Source: Chamaesiphon sp. (GTDB lineage Bacteria > Cyanobacteriota > Cyanobacteriia > Cyanobacteriales > Chamaesiphonaceae). From it: DNA of 64,000 nucleotides. Both the position numbers and the translations under genes were made by a program. Below are positions 8,898 through 18,777 of the stretch, piece by piece (the stretch's first letter is position 1; the number at the start of each line of letters is the position of its first letter). The stretch spans positions 73,044 through 137,043 of the forward strand of contig CBDFFH010000044.1 in NCBI GenBank assembly GCA_965246715.1, given 5' to 3'. The notes beneath the pieces were generated by a model, which saw only the letters and a program-made list of their open reading frames with translations, ran no database searches and was not told where the DNA came from.

Positions 8898-9833
8898 CTA
8901 GTTATTAGCCACTAATTTAGTGACAAGATCGCAGAAAAACTGGATCGGCGGGAGTTGGAGTCTGTCACGAGAGGTGACGAGGACGACTTGACGGGAGAGA
9001 TCGATTGCTGGTTGGGGCATCGGCTCGCACGGATTGTCGTTTGCGTTAGCAATCGATCGAACAGCCAAAGATGGATCGCTACCGATATCTAATAATGCCG
9101 ATTGCGGCAGGAGCGCGATTAATTCTCCTTGCCGAACCACGCCCCGAAAGGCATCGAGCGTATTTAATTCTAACACTGCATTGAGTTGGCTGCCTTGTTT
9201 GCTAAATTGTTCTTGTACCAATCGTTGCATTCCATAACCGTCTTTGAATACCACTTGGGGATATTTTACCAGTTGTGCCCAGGGGACGAGATCGTATTGA
9301 GTGAGGGGATGTTGTGCTGACATGAGAATCTCGATCGGTTCGCGATAGAGATCGAGTACCACCAGATCGGGACTAGCCGTAAACATCCGATTGTCCATCA
9401 CGATCGCGATATCTACCAGGCCATCTTTGAGTACTTTCAAGGCGCGATCGCTACCTAGTGCGGTTACGCGCAATTGCACTTGCGGATATCGGCGACAAAA
9501 CTCTTGTAAGATCGGCGGTAACAAATGGGCACAGACTGAATGAATGGCGGCGACGCAAAGTTCTGGCTGTTTGCCGACGAGGAGGTCTTCGATCGATTTA
9601 TGTGCCAATGTCCATTCATTACAGATCTTGCGCGCATGTGGTAAAAGTCGATCGCCACCAACTGTTAATTTTGCTTGATGGTGACGATGAAATAACGAAA
9701 TCCCTAAATCTTCTTCCAATGATTGGATTTGACGGCTGATGGTCGATTGGGTGCAACCACAGACCCCAGCAGCTTGTTGAAAACTACCTGTTTCGGCGAT
9801 CGCCAGAAAGGCTTGCAACTGTTCGATCCGCAT
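8898..9833 (-). CDS. ntcB: LysR-family regulator, NtcB-like
   Basis: MRIEQLQAFLAIAETGSFQQAA..CG.TQSTISRQIQ HTH; ELCVAAIHS, ALGSDRALKVLKDGLVD, FKDGYGMQRLV as in cyanobacterial NtcB. Confidence 0.75.
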   Translation of the reverse strand: MRIEQLQAFLAIAETGSFQQAAGVCGCTQSTISRQIQSLEEDLGISLFHRHHQAKLTVGGDRLLPHARKICNEWTLAHKSIEDLLVGKQPELCVAAIHSVCAHLLPPILQEFCRRYPQVQLRVTALGSDRALKVLKDGLVDIAIVMDNRMFTASPDLVVLDLYREPIEILMSAQHPLTQYDLVPWAQLVKYPQVVFKDGYGMQRLVQEQFSKQGSQLNAVLELNTLDAFRGVVRQGELIALLPQSALLDIGSDPSLAVRSIANANDNPCEPMPQPAIDLSRQVVLVTSRDRLQLPPIQFFCDLVTKLVANN

Positions 9834-9976
9834 AACTGAATTAATCGATCGGCGATGTGAGCAATTTGGCTCGAGACAATCTTAACGATTGTTACTGACC
9901 AATCAGAGCTGGGAGCTATATTGTAGCCGGAAAACTCTCACTCTAGATCCAGTATTTAAAACCCAAGTTGCTACCT

Positions 9977-10191
9977 AACGTCAGTTCGGGATAAGGAAAA
10001 TTGATTTGCTCCGCTCAAGCCCCGCCCTGAACTATAAGTTCGGGCTAATAGCTAAAGTTCTCTGAAGAGAACTGCAAAATCGATTAGTTCGTTTCAACGA
10101 ACTTTAGCTATTAGCCCCAAATTCATTTGAGGGCGGTGCGAAAACGAAGCTAGGAGTGATTAAGCACAAATCCTTAACCCGAACTCACGTT
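9977..10191. mobile_element. MITE family A copy 1 (TIR AACGTSAGTTCGGGWTAAG)
   Basis: aacgtcagttcgggataagga ... tccttaacccgaactcacgtt, flanked by ACCT on both sides; internal hairpin gctaatagctaaagttc...gaactttagctattagc. Confidence 0.85.
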
Positions 10192-10195
10192 ACCT

Positions 10196-10616
10196 AACGT
10201 CAGTTCGGGTTAAGGCTCTACGTTTTAGGCCATTCTTGGATTGGTGCTTTCCTAGAGGTTACTAGTGAGGAGAACCCGGATCTGGGGGTCGGAACCCCCA
10301 GACCCCCCGTTGAGGAGCGACCCAAATCGCGCTGAGGTCTCCGTCTGGCGACACGTCTCGCTTCGCTCGCCTACAGCGCGATTTGGGTCAAGACAGCGGA
10401 GTGCCGCCCCTCAATCCCCTGTCTTGACTCGCTAAACCGTCGGGAAACCCGACGAGCGCGAGTCGCTGCACAAGGGTTGGTTTGTTGGCAGCGATTAGCG
10501 CTTCGCATTAGCTTCGCAATGAGAATCGATCTGTGGGTTGGGGTCGATTTGCTGGGGACGGTTCCGAAACGAGTCCAGGAGTCATTAATCGGTAATACTT
10601 AACCCGAACTGACGTT
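10196..10616. mobile_element. MITE family A copy 2, tandem with copy 1, carrying nested hairpins
   Basis: aacgtcagttcgggttaag ... cttaacccgaactgacgtt, flanked by ACCT; internal palindromes cccaaatcgcgctg/cagcgcgatttggg and gtcgggaaacccgac. Confidence 0.85.
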
Positions 10617-10631
10617 ACCTACAACTCCTCC

Positions 10632-10735
10632 AGCGGTTTTAACCGCTGCTCACGCTGCAAAGTCCGCCTTCGCGGACTAATAAACTAGTCCGCGAAGGCG
10701 GACTTTGCATCATTAGCCACGATTTCAATCGTTGG
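10632..10735. repeat. Palindromic dispersed repeat (AAGTCCGCCTTCGCGGACT family)
   Basis: tgcaaagtccgccttcgcggacta / tagtccgcgaaggcggactttgca perfect inverted repeat. Confidence 0.85.
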
Positions 10736-10853
10736 CATTCTAGTAGGTAGCAACTTGGGTTATTTAAAGTGAAACTCCCTAACAAGCTAATTGCTAAGGA
10801 GTCGGTACATATTGTTATACCTAAATTTTGAGTCAAATCGGATCGATCGCGAT

Positions 10854-11195
10854 CTAGTGAGCGGAGCTGCCGATCGAAGTATCGAACGGATTGGGGAGAT
10901 CCGCAGTCCGAATCGCACCACCTTTGTTGGTCTGCTGGCGCATTCCTTCGCGATATACGCGTTCGACCGACTGAGAATCACTCAGATATTCTTGGTCGGG
11001 ATAGCTCAAGCCAAGTAATAAGGTTGCTTGCCGATCGATGCCAGCATTGCGATAGATATCGCCAGTCTGCTCGAATACAGCACGATTCATCGCATCGGCA
11101 ATACTTTCTGGAGTTTGTTGTGCTTGTGCTTGGGGGGCAAAATAGCCAAGCGCCGCTACAGTCAATGTTACTAAACCAATTGTCTTCATTTGCAT
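10854..11195 (-). CDS. Hypothetical secreted protein
   Basis: Signal-peptide-like N-terminus ending AQA; C-terminal IRTADLPNPFDTS recalled from cyanobacterial hypotheticals. Confidence 0.65.
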   Translation of the reverse strand: MQMKTIGLVTLTVAALGYFAPQAQAQQTPESIADAMNRAVFEQTGDIYRNAGIDRQATLLLGLSYPDQEYLSDSQSVERVYREGMRQQTNKGGAIRTADLPNPFDTSIGSSAH

Positions 11196-11355
11196 CGCGA
11201 TCTAAACCTCTATATCGATTATTTACGTTATTCAACCGATCTTTGTCCGCATCGGGAACATTCGATCTAAGTGGTGACTAGTGACTAGTAGATAGTGGAT
11301 AGTGGATAGAGTCAGAATCCACTCCCTAAAATTACTAAATCCCTAATCCAAAATT

Positions 11356-11964
11356 ATGAAACCACCTGTTGGCAATATTCCCTGGACGGAGCTAGATCTA
11401 ACTATTTTGCGCCAACATCTGCTAGATCTGTTGTGTCGATTGGCTTACAAAGAAGGAGATTTCGTGCTCTCCTCCGGTCAAAAAAGTACCTATTATATCA
11501 ATGGTAAACAAGTTACCCTCCATCCGGAAGGTGCTGTTGCTTCCGCGCGGATCTTTTTGGCCATGCTACCTACCGATACAGCTGCTGTGGCTGGATTGAC
11601 GCTCGGTGCCGATCCGCTCGTATCGGCGGTGAGCGTCATTTCTGTTTATGAAGGTCGTACGCCAACGATTCCCGCCTTAATCGTGCGCAAAGAAGCCAAA
11701 GGACACGGGACACAAGCCTATATCGAGGGAGCGACGCTCGCACCTGGCGCTAAGGTAGTTGTCTTGGAAGATGTCGTGACGACCGGACAATCGGCAATGA
11801 AAGCAGTAGAAAGACTTAGAGCTGCGGGTTATAGCGTCGATCGCATTCTCACTTTAGTCGATCGCGAGCAAGGTGGTGCCGAATTTTATGCTAGCCAAGG
11901 ATTGCAATTTGAGGCGATCTTCACGATCCAAGATTTACAGCAGCGATACCGAGAGATCGGTTAA
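11356..11964 (+). CDS. pyrE: Orotate phosphoribosyltransferase
   Basis: GDFVLSSGQKSTYYINGK, VRKEAKGHG, VLEDVVTTG PRPP-binding motif. Confidence 0.95.
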   Translation: MKPPVGNIPWTELDLTILRQHLLDLLCRLAYKEGDFVLSSGQKSTYYINGKQVTLHPEGAVASARIFLAMLPTDTAAVAGLTLGADPLVSAVSVISVYEGRTPTIPALIVRKEAKGHGTQAYIEGATLAPGAKVVVLEDVVTTGQSAMKAVERLRAAGYSVDRILTLVDREQGGAEFYASQGLQFEAIFTIQDLQQRYREIG

Positions 11965-12357
11965 TTGGTTTGGGGTTTATAGGTGTGTGGGAATTGTTGG
12001 GAGTATCGAAATATCTGACTATATATCGACATCGGCGCGCCGAGACGTTAGATTCCCTTTACCCTTTCCCCCTCCCAGTGTGATTTTCCGCACACGAAAC
12101 TTAGCGATCCCCCATCTGAGAAATTCTTTTCAGTCATTCAGCCCATGTTGAAATGGTAGCAAATGGGGGAAGATATCAATGTTCTCGAAATTTTCACCAA
12201 AAAATAATGTTTAGTGCAAACTAGACTACATAAATAACTTAAGCTTGACCTGAATTTCAATCGCATAGTTAGGATGAAACGAACAGAACCACAGCGATAG
12301 TCATTCTTGACAATTGCCACCAAAGCTCTCACCGAACATTGCTTCGGAAGTTGACAT

Positions 12358-12690
12358 ATGGCTGTATCTCTCAAAATTATCAAACCAGCAGGCGTACTCG
12401 ATGGCGTGCAGGCAAACGAATTGCGCCAACGAGTAAGCGAACTAGTAGCAGCAGGAAATAATCTCGTATTGCTCGATATGGCAGATGTCAATTTTATCGA
12501 TAGTTCGGGATTAGGTTCTTTGATCGTTACACTCAAGATGCTCAGAACTGCTGGCGGCGATTTGTACTTATATTCGATCGCTGAACCAGTCCGTAGCTTA
12601 CTCAGTGCCACCCGGATGGATCGGTTGTTTGAAAATCCGATCGCGCCGACATTACTTGGTAGTGCAAAGTTGCCAGATGTGCGGGACTGA
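12358..12690 (+). CDS. STAS-domain anti-sigma-factor antagonist
   Basis: LLDMADVNFIDSSGLGSL. Confidence 0.9.
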   Translation: MAVSLKIIKPAGVLDGVQANELRQRVSELVAAGNNLVLLDMADVNFIDSSGLGSLIVTLKMLRTAGGDLYLYSIAEPVRSLLSATRMDRLFENPIAPTLLGSAKLPDVRD

Positions 12691-12743
12691 AAAGCTGCTA
12701 GAGTAATTGAGAATAATATCAAAAAATTGCGAGGAAAGTTAGT

Positions 12744-13907
12744 TTGAGTCAGCGTTCTGGTATTGCACCCCACGGCGGTAAGTTAATCGATCGCATCGCC
12801 ACCCCCGCTCAAAAAGCTGAATTTTTGAGCAAAGCCGACCATTTACCCCGAGTCGAGCTGGACGAACGAGCCTTCTCCGATCTAGTAATGATTGCGATCG
12901 GTGCGTTTAGTCCACTGACAGGGTTTATGCCAGAAGCGGATTATCAACATGTCGTTGCAAAAATGCGACTGGCTGATGGCTTACCATGGTCGATTCCGAT
13001 TACGTTATCGGTAACTGAGGCTGTGGCTGCGCCGTTAGTAGTCGGTACGCTCGTCCGGTTGGACGATAATATGGGTAGATTCGTTGGGGTGCTCGAACTC
13101 AGCCAAAAATACACCTATGACAAGCAGCAAGAGGCGATCGATGTCTATCGCACCGATGATGCCAAGCATCCGGGTGTCAAGGTTGTTTACGACCAGGGTG
13201 AGGTTAATTTAGCGGGTGATGTATGGCTGCTAGAACGGGAAGCTCATCCCCAATTCCCAAGTTATCAAATCGATCCTGCCGCCTCACGCGCGGCCTTTCA
13301 AGCTAAGGGCTGGAAGACGATCGTGGGATTTCAAACCCGCAACCCGATCCACCGCGCACATGAATACATCCAAAAATGTGCGATGGAAACCGTCGATGGT
13401 TTGTTCTTACACCCATTAGTCGGCGCGACCAAAGAAGATGATATCCCCGCCGACGTGCGGATGCGCTGCTATGAAATCATTCTCGAACATTACTATCCCA
13501 GCGATCGCGTAATTCTTGGCATCAATCCGGCCGCGATGCGTTATGCTGGACCCCGCGAAGCCATCTTCCACGCTCTAATTCGGAAGAATTATGGTTGTAC
13601 CCATTTTATCGTCGGCCGCGACCATGCAGGGGTGGGTGACTACTATGGCACATATGACGCACAACACATTTTTAGTGAATTCGAGCCAGGCGAACTTGGG
13701 ATTACACCGATGATGTTCGAGCACGCTTTCTACTGTCTGGTTACCAAGTCGATGGCAACTACCAAAACTAGCCCCAGTACTCCCGAACAACGCGTACATT
13801 TATCCGGTACCAAAGTTCGCGATCTCCTACGTAAAGGCGAATTACCACCACCAGAATTTTCGCGTCCGGAAGTTGCCGCTGAATTAATTCGGGCGATGAA
13901 AGGATAG
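12744..13907 (+). CDS. sat: Sulfate adenylyltransferase
   Basis: [31 protein letters not shown]. Confidence 0.95.
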   Translation: MSQRSGIAPHGGKLIDRIATPAQKAEFLSKADHLPRVELDERAFSDLVMIAIGAFSPLTGFMPEADYQHVVAKMRLADGLPWSIPITLSVTEAVAAPLVVGTLVRLDDNMGRFVGVLELSQKYTYDKQQEAIDVYRTDDAKHPGVKVVYDQGEVNLAGDVWLLEREAHPQFPSYQIDPAASRAAFQAKGWKTIVGFQTRNPIHRAHEYIQKCAMETVDGLFLHPLVGATKEDDIPADVRMRCYEIILEHYYPSDRVILGINPAAMRYAGPREAIFHALIRKNYGCTHFIVGRDHAGVGDYYGTYDAQHIFSEFEPGELGITPMMFEHAFYCLVTKSMATTKTSPSTPEQRVHLSGTKVRDLLRKGELPPPEFSRPEVAAELIRAMKG

Positions 13908-13936
13908 CACGGCAGATTGATTATCCGTCCGATTAT

Positions 13937-13976
13937 ATTGCCCCCTAGCCCTTAATTATGGGGGCTAGGGGGCAAT
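13937..13976. terminator. GC-rich hairpin after sat
   Basis: attgccccctagccc / gggctagggggcaat inverted repeat. Confidence 0.55.
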
Positions 13977-14241
13977 TTCATGCCGATCGAGATCTACGAA
14001 CATAATCTAAATAATTAGATAAAATCTACCCGATCGCATTAGTAATTATTTGCGATTGGGGCAGGATAATGAAACAAAATTTGTCCTGCTACATCTTAGA
14101 TATTAGAAGACCTGACTTTTAGGCAGTAGATTTTACACAAGTGCGTAATTCCACACCTAATCGGCTCAATTTTTCATGATAATCTGTAAATTGTCGCCCT
14201 CCACAGTCAAACACACCATAACTGTAAAACTCGACCTAAAT

Positions 14242-14679
14242 ATGTCAATTAAATTTCCAATCTCTGTGGTTACTCTTGCTACTGTACTAACTTTAGTTCA
14301 CAGTGCGATCGCTTCTGCTGAAGCATACAAGTCTGGGCCAGATCAAGTGGTAGTGACTGGTTTAAATGCCAAACAAAAATATGATGTTCGCGCTGTCAGT
14401 CTTAAAGGAAAACAAGGCAAGAAGTCAGCACAAGCGAATACTTGTGGTGAGCTACTAATCAATGGTACTTCTAAAATTAAGTCATTGGCGGTAGGTACCG
14501 AAACAATCGATGTTGCGACCTTAAGCACCAAGCCTCACGCTCGCTGTAATGGCAAGAAAACCGCCGCTGCCAAGCCAGCGAAGATGAAGACAGTAGCACC
14601 AGCAGCAATGAGTACTCCAGTAACTACAACTCCAGTAACTACAACTCCTGCAACAACTGCTCCTGCAACTACTAAATAG
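14242..14679 (+). CDS. Hypothetical secreted protein with Lys-rich and Thr/Pro-repeat tail
   Basis: Signal-like MSIKFPISVVTLATVLTLVHSAIASA; tail encoded by 15-nt tandem units (actccagtaactaca). Confidence 0.65.
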   Translation: MSIKFPISVVTLATVLTLVHSAIASAEAYKSGPDQVVVTGLNAKQKYDVRAVSLKGKQGKKSAQANTCGELLINGTSKIKSLAVGTETIDVATLSTKPHARCNGKKTAAAKPAKMKTVAPAAMSTPVTTTPVTTTPATTAPATTK

Positions 14680-14856
14680 AACGGGTGTAAATATCTTCAC
14701 AATTTGCGCTCGATCGAATGATTGAATTATCTCGATCGAGCGCAACTTTTTAGCGATCGCTTATTACTATTCACTCAGATCTTGCATTAGCCTACAAATA
14801 TAAGTAACTTTATATCTTGCAACTGTTGGAATATACTAATGCTCAGCGTAGATCCA

Positions 14857-14919
14857 GGGTACCCACAAGGGGCACCCTTACAGGTTGATTGTGTAGGGGT
14901 GCCCCTTGTGGGTACCCTC
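14857..14919. repeat. REP-like hairpin doublet (GTAGGGGTGCCCCTTGTGGGTACCC family)
   Basis: agggtacccacaaggggcaccc / ggggtgccccttgtgggtaccct between convergent genes. Confidence 0.85.
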
Positions 14920-14954
14920 GGGTTGTGGCAGTAACGATCGATCGAGATGTAAAA

Positions 14955-15827
14955 TTATAGGTATTTTTTCAGTAACAATTCTAATTTTTGTTTAGTGGCA
15001 TCGGGAACCTTGTCCATCGGTGTAATGATTGCGTACTTGAGCGCAGAATGTGCATCAGACACAAACGGATTTGCACCGAGGCGACGGACTGTTTCTAGAA
15101 TTACCCGCTGAGCATTCTCCGCATTTTTGTGCAAGTTGGCAATTATCAACTCCACAGTGACATTATCGTGGTCGGGATGCCAACAATCATAATCAGTGGC
15201 TAATGCCAAAGTCGCATACGCAATTTCCGCTTCTCTAGCTAACTTAGCTTCGGGTAAATTAGTCATCCCGATAATCGTCCCGCCGAGCATTCGATACATA
15301 TTCGACTCAGCTTTTGTCGAAAATGCTGGGCCTTCCATACATATATATGTCCCGCCTTTATGTAAAGCAATATCCGGGAGCTGAAGTGATTCGATCGATT
15401 CTACTAAAACAGCGGCTAATTGGTGACAAATCGGATCGCCAAACGCAATATGTCCGACGATGCCTTCTCCAAAAAAAGTACTCACCCGACTGTTAGTGCG
15501 ATCGATAAATTGGTCGGGTAAAACTAAATCTAACGGCTTGACTTCTGCTTGTAACGAGCCTACTGCCGATGCTGAAATGAGATATTCAACCCCGATCTGC
15601 TTCATCGCATAGATATTCGCACGATACGGCACTTCTGACGGTGTGAGATGGTGATTTCTGCCATGCCTAGCCAAAAAAGCTACTTGCGAACCTGCTAAAT
15701 CTCCAACGATGAGATTATCTGAAGGCTTCCCAAACGGCGTGTCGACCGACACCTCGCGCACGTTTGTTAAGGCGGACATCTGATAGAGTCCACTGCCGCC
15801 AATAATGCCAATTTTTAGATCCGTCAT
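14955..15827 (-). CDS. mtnP: S-methyl-5'-thioadenosine phosphorylase
   Basis: [47 protein letters not shown]. Confidence 0.93.
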   Translation of the reverse strand: MTDLKIGIIGGSGLYQMSALTNVREVSVDTPFGKPSDNLIVGDLAGSQVAFLARHGRNHHLTPSEVPYRANIYAMKQIGVEYLISASAVGSLQAEVKPLDLVLPDQFIDRTNSRVSTFFGEGIVGHIAFGDPICHQLAAVLVESIESLQLPDIALHKGGTYICMEGPAFSTKAESNMYRMLGGTIIGMTNLPEAKLAREAEIAYATLALATDYDCWHPDHDNVTVELIIANLHKNAENAQRVILETVRRLGANPFVSDAHSALKYAIITPMDKVPDATKQKLELLLKKYL

Positions 15828-15865
15828 CGATAAATTTCTCCTATTACGTCCCAGCTTAGTTAGAT

Positions 15866-16276
15866 TTAGGGTGATGTTTTTGCGGCATTAATTTTAGTTT
15901 CGATATCGATTAAGGTATCTAAAACTATCCGTTTGGCATAGAGTTGCCAGCCCAATTTTTGAATCCAGATTGCCGCAGCCGTCCCGCCGACTGCACCGAT
16001 AAAATCTAACGGTTGATTTAGCGAGATTCCAAATAATAGCCCCAAACCTGCAATCCCCCAAAAGGGTAAAGCCACAGTTTGGCGTTGGGTTTCCACCAAT
16101 TTAAAAATTCCTCCGGTCGGTAATTCCTGTTCTAAAGCGGCTTTGACTTGCTTTTGTTCCGCCATCGTTACCGATAAACCAATTTTCTGCCGCAATTTCT
16201 CAATTTTGCGTAAATCGCTGCTGTATTGGGTCAGTTCGTCTTCTGCCATTAATACCAAGCGTTCGTACTGTCCCAC
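15866..16276 (-). CDS. Conserved hypothetical membrane protein
   Basis: 136 aa with two hydrophobic segments; upstream of mtnP on the same strand. Confidence 0.65.
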   Translation of the reverse strand: MGQYERLVLMAEDELTQYSSDLRKIEKLRQKIGLSVTMAEQKQVKAALEQELPTGGIFKLVETQRQTVALPFWGIAGLGLLFGISLNQPLDFIGAVGGTAAAIWIQKLGWQLYAKRIVLDTLIDIETKINAAKTSP

Positions 16277-16687
16277 AGATTAACTCGTCCCTACTAAAAG
16301 ATTCCTAACCGATCGTACCTTATTTTCTGACTGTAGAAACAGCTGGCGATGCTAGTTCCGTATCGTTAGCAACGAGGTTAAGCCAATGCGTTTACAGCGT
16401 CTCGTGGGCAGGTAGCCTCTTAAAGAGAAGCCTCTGTCTGTGCAGAGCAGTGGCTACTCCAATAGCCAGATGTCAGATGTGGTAGTTTTCTGGGCACAAT
16501 AAGGTCGTGTTAGTTCGTGAGTCAATCGTAACCGAGCGATCCCCGGTTGGTTAGAGGCGATCGCGATCGCTAACAAATTGTGATGCAGATCGCATTTTAG
16601 TTATAATCGATACTACAATTATGGTAATTGAGGATCGACCAACAAAGGCGACGATCCATCTACTCTAGTCTAAACTCCAGTTAAGCT

Positions 16688-17719
16688 ATGAAGATTATCA
16701 AGAGACTGTTAGGTATTTTAGGTAGTAAGTTACAAACAACTCAAACTGCTGTCGATCGCTTGGCAATTGTTGGGGAAGATAGCTTGATGCTCTCCGAGCT
16801 AAACTTGCCCGATTGTCTGATCCCCGCTGCATCCGAACGGCTGGAAAATTCAGCTAATTTCAATCGCCTTTGTCTGAGAAATTATCAACTCACTGAGATG
16901 CCTGTTGGCATCGGTGAATTGCACGATCTCGTTAGCCTCAAGCTCGATAGTAATTGTTTGACGCATCTACCCGAAAATATCGGTGATTTGATTAATTTAA
17001 CTGAGTTATATTTGGGTGATAATAGATTAGTCAACTTACCAGCGCAGATCGGGGACTTGAGGAACCTATCTTGGTTGAGTTTATGGGATAACCAACTCAC
17101 TCAGCTGCCAGATAGTATCGCTCGCTTGAAAAACTTAACTGGACTGCAACTGCGAGATAATTATCTAAAAACCTTGCCACAAGAGATCGGTAATCTTACT
17201 AAATTAACTAGATTGGATCTCAGTAACAATCAACTTCAGTTCTTACCCAAAGGCATTGGTAATCTCACCAATTTAGTCGAACTAACGCTCGATCGCAATC
17301 AACTAACCGCTCTACCCACAGAAATCGGCAATCTCAGTACATTAGTCGATCTTAACTTAAGCAATAATCGCCTAGTTGATTTACCAGAAAGTATTGCTAA
17401 TTTAACCAAATTGACAGCTCTCGATTTAAGCGATAATCAACTAACAGCTTTACCGAAAAGTATCGCCAATCTGCCTAATTTAAAATGGGTTAATTTAGAT
17501 AATAATCCTTTAACCGATCTATCGCCACTTCAAGCTTTGCCAGAAAATACATCAGTTACGTTCTTCGGCATTGAGATTCCCAAAAGATTTCGCACTAGCT
17601 TAGCTGAATGGCAATCGAGCTGTTTGCTGAGCGATCGCAATTCCGAGATTTGTCGATTATTATTCGATCGAGTCAGCTATAGTCGTCTCGATCGCGAACT
17701 AGCAACTCCAAATTACTAG
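16688..17719 (+). CDS. Leucine-rich repeat protein with truncated DUF6745-like C-terminus
   Basis: About nine 23-aa repeats (LPxxIGNLTNLxxLxLxxNQLT); tail FFGIEIPKRF..W...LLSDRNSEICRLLFDRVSY. Confidence 0.85.
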   Translation: MKIIKRLLGILGSKLQTTQTAVDRLAIVGEDSLMLSELNLPDCLIPAASERLENSANFNRLCLRNYQLTEMPVGIGELHDLVSLKLDSNCLTHLPENIGDLINLTELYLGDNRLVNLPAQIGDLRNLSWLSLWDNQLTQLPDSIARLKNLTGLQLRDNYLKTLPQEIGNLTKLTRLDLSNNQLQFLPKGIGNLTNLVELTLDRNQLTALPTEIGNLSTLVDLNLSNNRLVDLPESIANLTKLTALDLSDNQLTALPKSIANLPNLKWVNLDNNPLTDLSPLQALPENTSVTFFGIEIPKRFRTSLAEWQSSCLLSDRNSEICRLLFDRVSYSRLDRELATPNY

Positions 17720-17728
17720 ATCTTCTAC

Positions 17729-18517
17729 CTAATTAAACCTGCGATTGTCAAGCTGGTACTTGGTGATAAATTCTCGCACGACTATTTTTAGAGGTTCGTC
17801 TAAAATAGTTAGAATTTGAGTTGTAATTTCAGCTGGCACGTCGCCATAAAAAGCCTCAGCAATTCCACCAGCCATACAGGCGAGCGTATCACTATCGCCA
17901 CCAAGCGAGATTGCATTCCGAATCGCATCTTCATAATCGGTTGATTCTAAAAAGGCGATAATTGCTTCCGGTACAGAAGCTTGGCAAGATAACTCAAATG
18001 TGTATCCCGGACGAATCTCGTCAAGGGTTCGATCGAGATAATATCCAAAAGTTGTGTGAATATAATCGCGAATCTCTAACTTACTTTTACCAGTTCTTGC
18101 TAAGAAAATAGCACTAGCAATTGCTTGTGCGCCTTTAATTCCTTCAGGATGATTGTGAGTAGCCTCAGCACTAATTTTTGCTTCTAATAGTACCCGATCT
18201 AGATTGTCAAAAGCGTACCCGATCGGACTTACCCGCATTGCTGAACCATTGCCCCAACTGTTGTATGGTTCTAGATCCTCAGATGCACCCCATTGCGCGA
18301 ATTTACCGCCATAACCTGCCTGGGGATAATTCCGATAATATGCTCTAAGTAATTTCGGATAACCACCACCATAGAGTAAGTTGTCAGCAACCGCGATCGT
18401 CAATACCGTATCGTCAGTAAATCTAGAATACTGACTAAATAGTGGAAAATCTTTAGTTTTCAGTCCAGCAAATTCATAGCTAGAACCGATAATATCACCC
18501 GCGATCGCACCCAACAT
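17729..18517 (-). CDS. ADP-ribosylglycohydrolase family protein
   Basis: MLGAIAGDIIGS, FTDDT, SWGNGSAMRVSP, GGDSDT. Confidence 0.92.
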   Translation of the reverse strand: MLGAIAGDIIGSSYEFAGLKTKDFPLFSQYSRFTDDTVLTIAVADNLLYGGGYPKLLRAYYRNYPQAGYGGKFAQWGASEDLEPYNSWGNGSAMRVSPIGYAFDNLDRVLLEAKISAEATHNHPEGIKGAQAIASAIFLARTGKSKLEIRDYIHTTFGYYLDRTLDEIRPGYTFELSCQASVPEAIIAFLESTDYEDAIRNAISLGGDSDTLACMAGGIAEAFYGDVPAEITTQILTILDEPLKIVVREFITKYQLDNRRFN

Positions 18518-18539
18518 ATCTAGCTCCTTAAATTCAAAA

Positions 18540-18689
18540 TACTGAATTGATGTATGAAACGCACAAACAATCTTGTAGGGGTAATGCCTCGCTTGCACTG
18601 AGCTTGTCGAAGTGTGCTTACCCCGAATCGATTAAGGGTACCCACCAGGGGCACCCCTACAAAAAATCATACACAAAGTCAGCCACGCT
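18540..18689. mobile_element. Degenerate MITE family B copy with a different internal insert
   Basis: Aligns to 22961-23142 (ctgaatt..tgtatgaaacgcacaaacaat...cacccctacaaaaaatcatac); carries an extra cttgcactgagcttgtcgaagtg insert. Confidence 0.75.
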
Positions 18690-18777
18690 GCTTTGGCAAT
18701 CTATCGATCGAACTTGGGCATATTAGATACATTGACTGTTTTCCATGCCAGCAGTTGGATTTAGTATTGCGAAGATT

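Noticed and set aside
9834..9975. NtcA box upstream of ntcB
   Set aside because: No convincing GTA-N8-TAC found.
9977..10735. Possible CRISPR array in the repeat-dense region
   Set aside because: Repeats are inverted termini and hairpins, not regularly spaced direct repeats with unique spacers; no cas genes.
12138..12773. 211-aa minus-strand ORF and many other shadow ORFs in the track
   Set aside because: Antisense or out-of-frame to recognisable genes, with no motifs.
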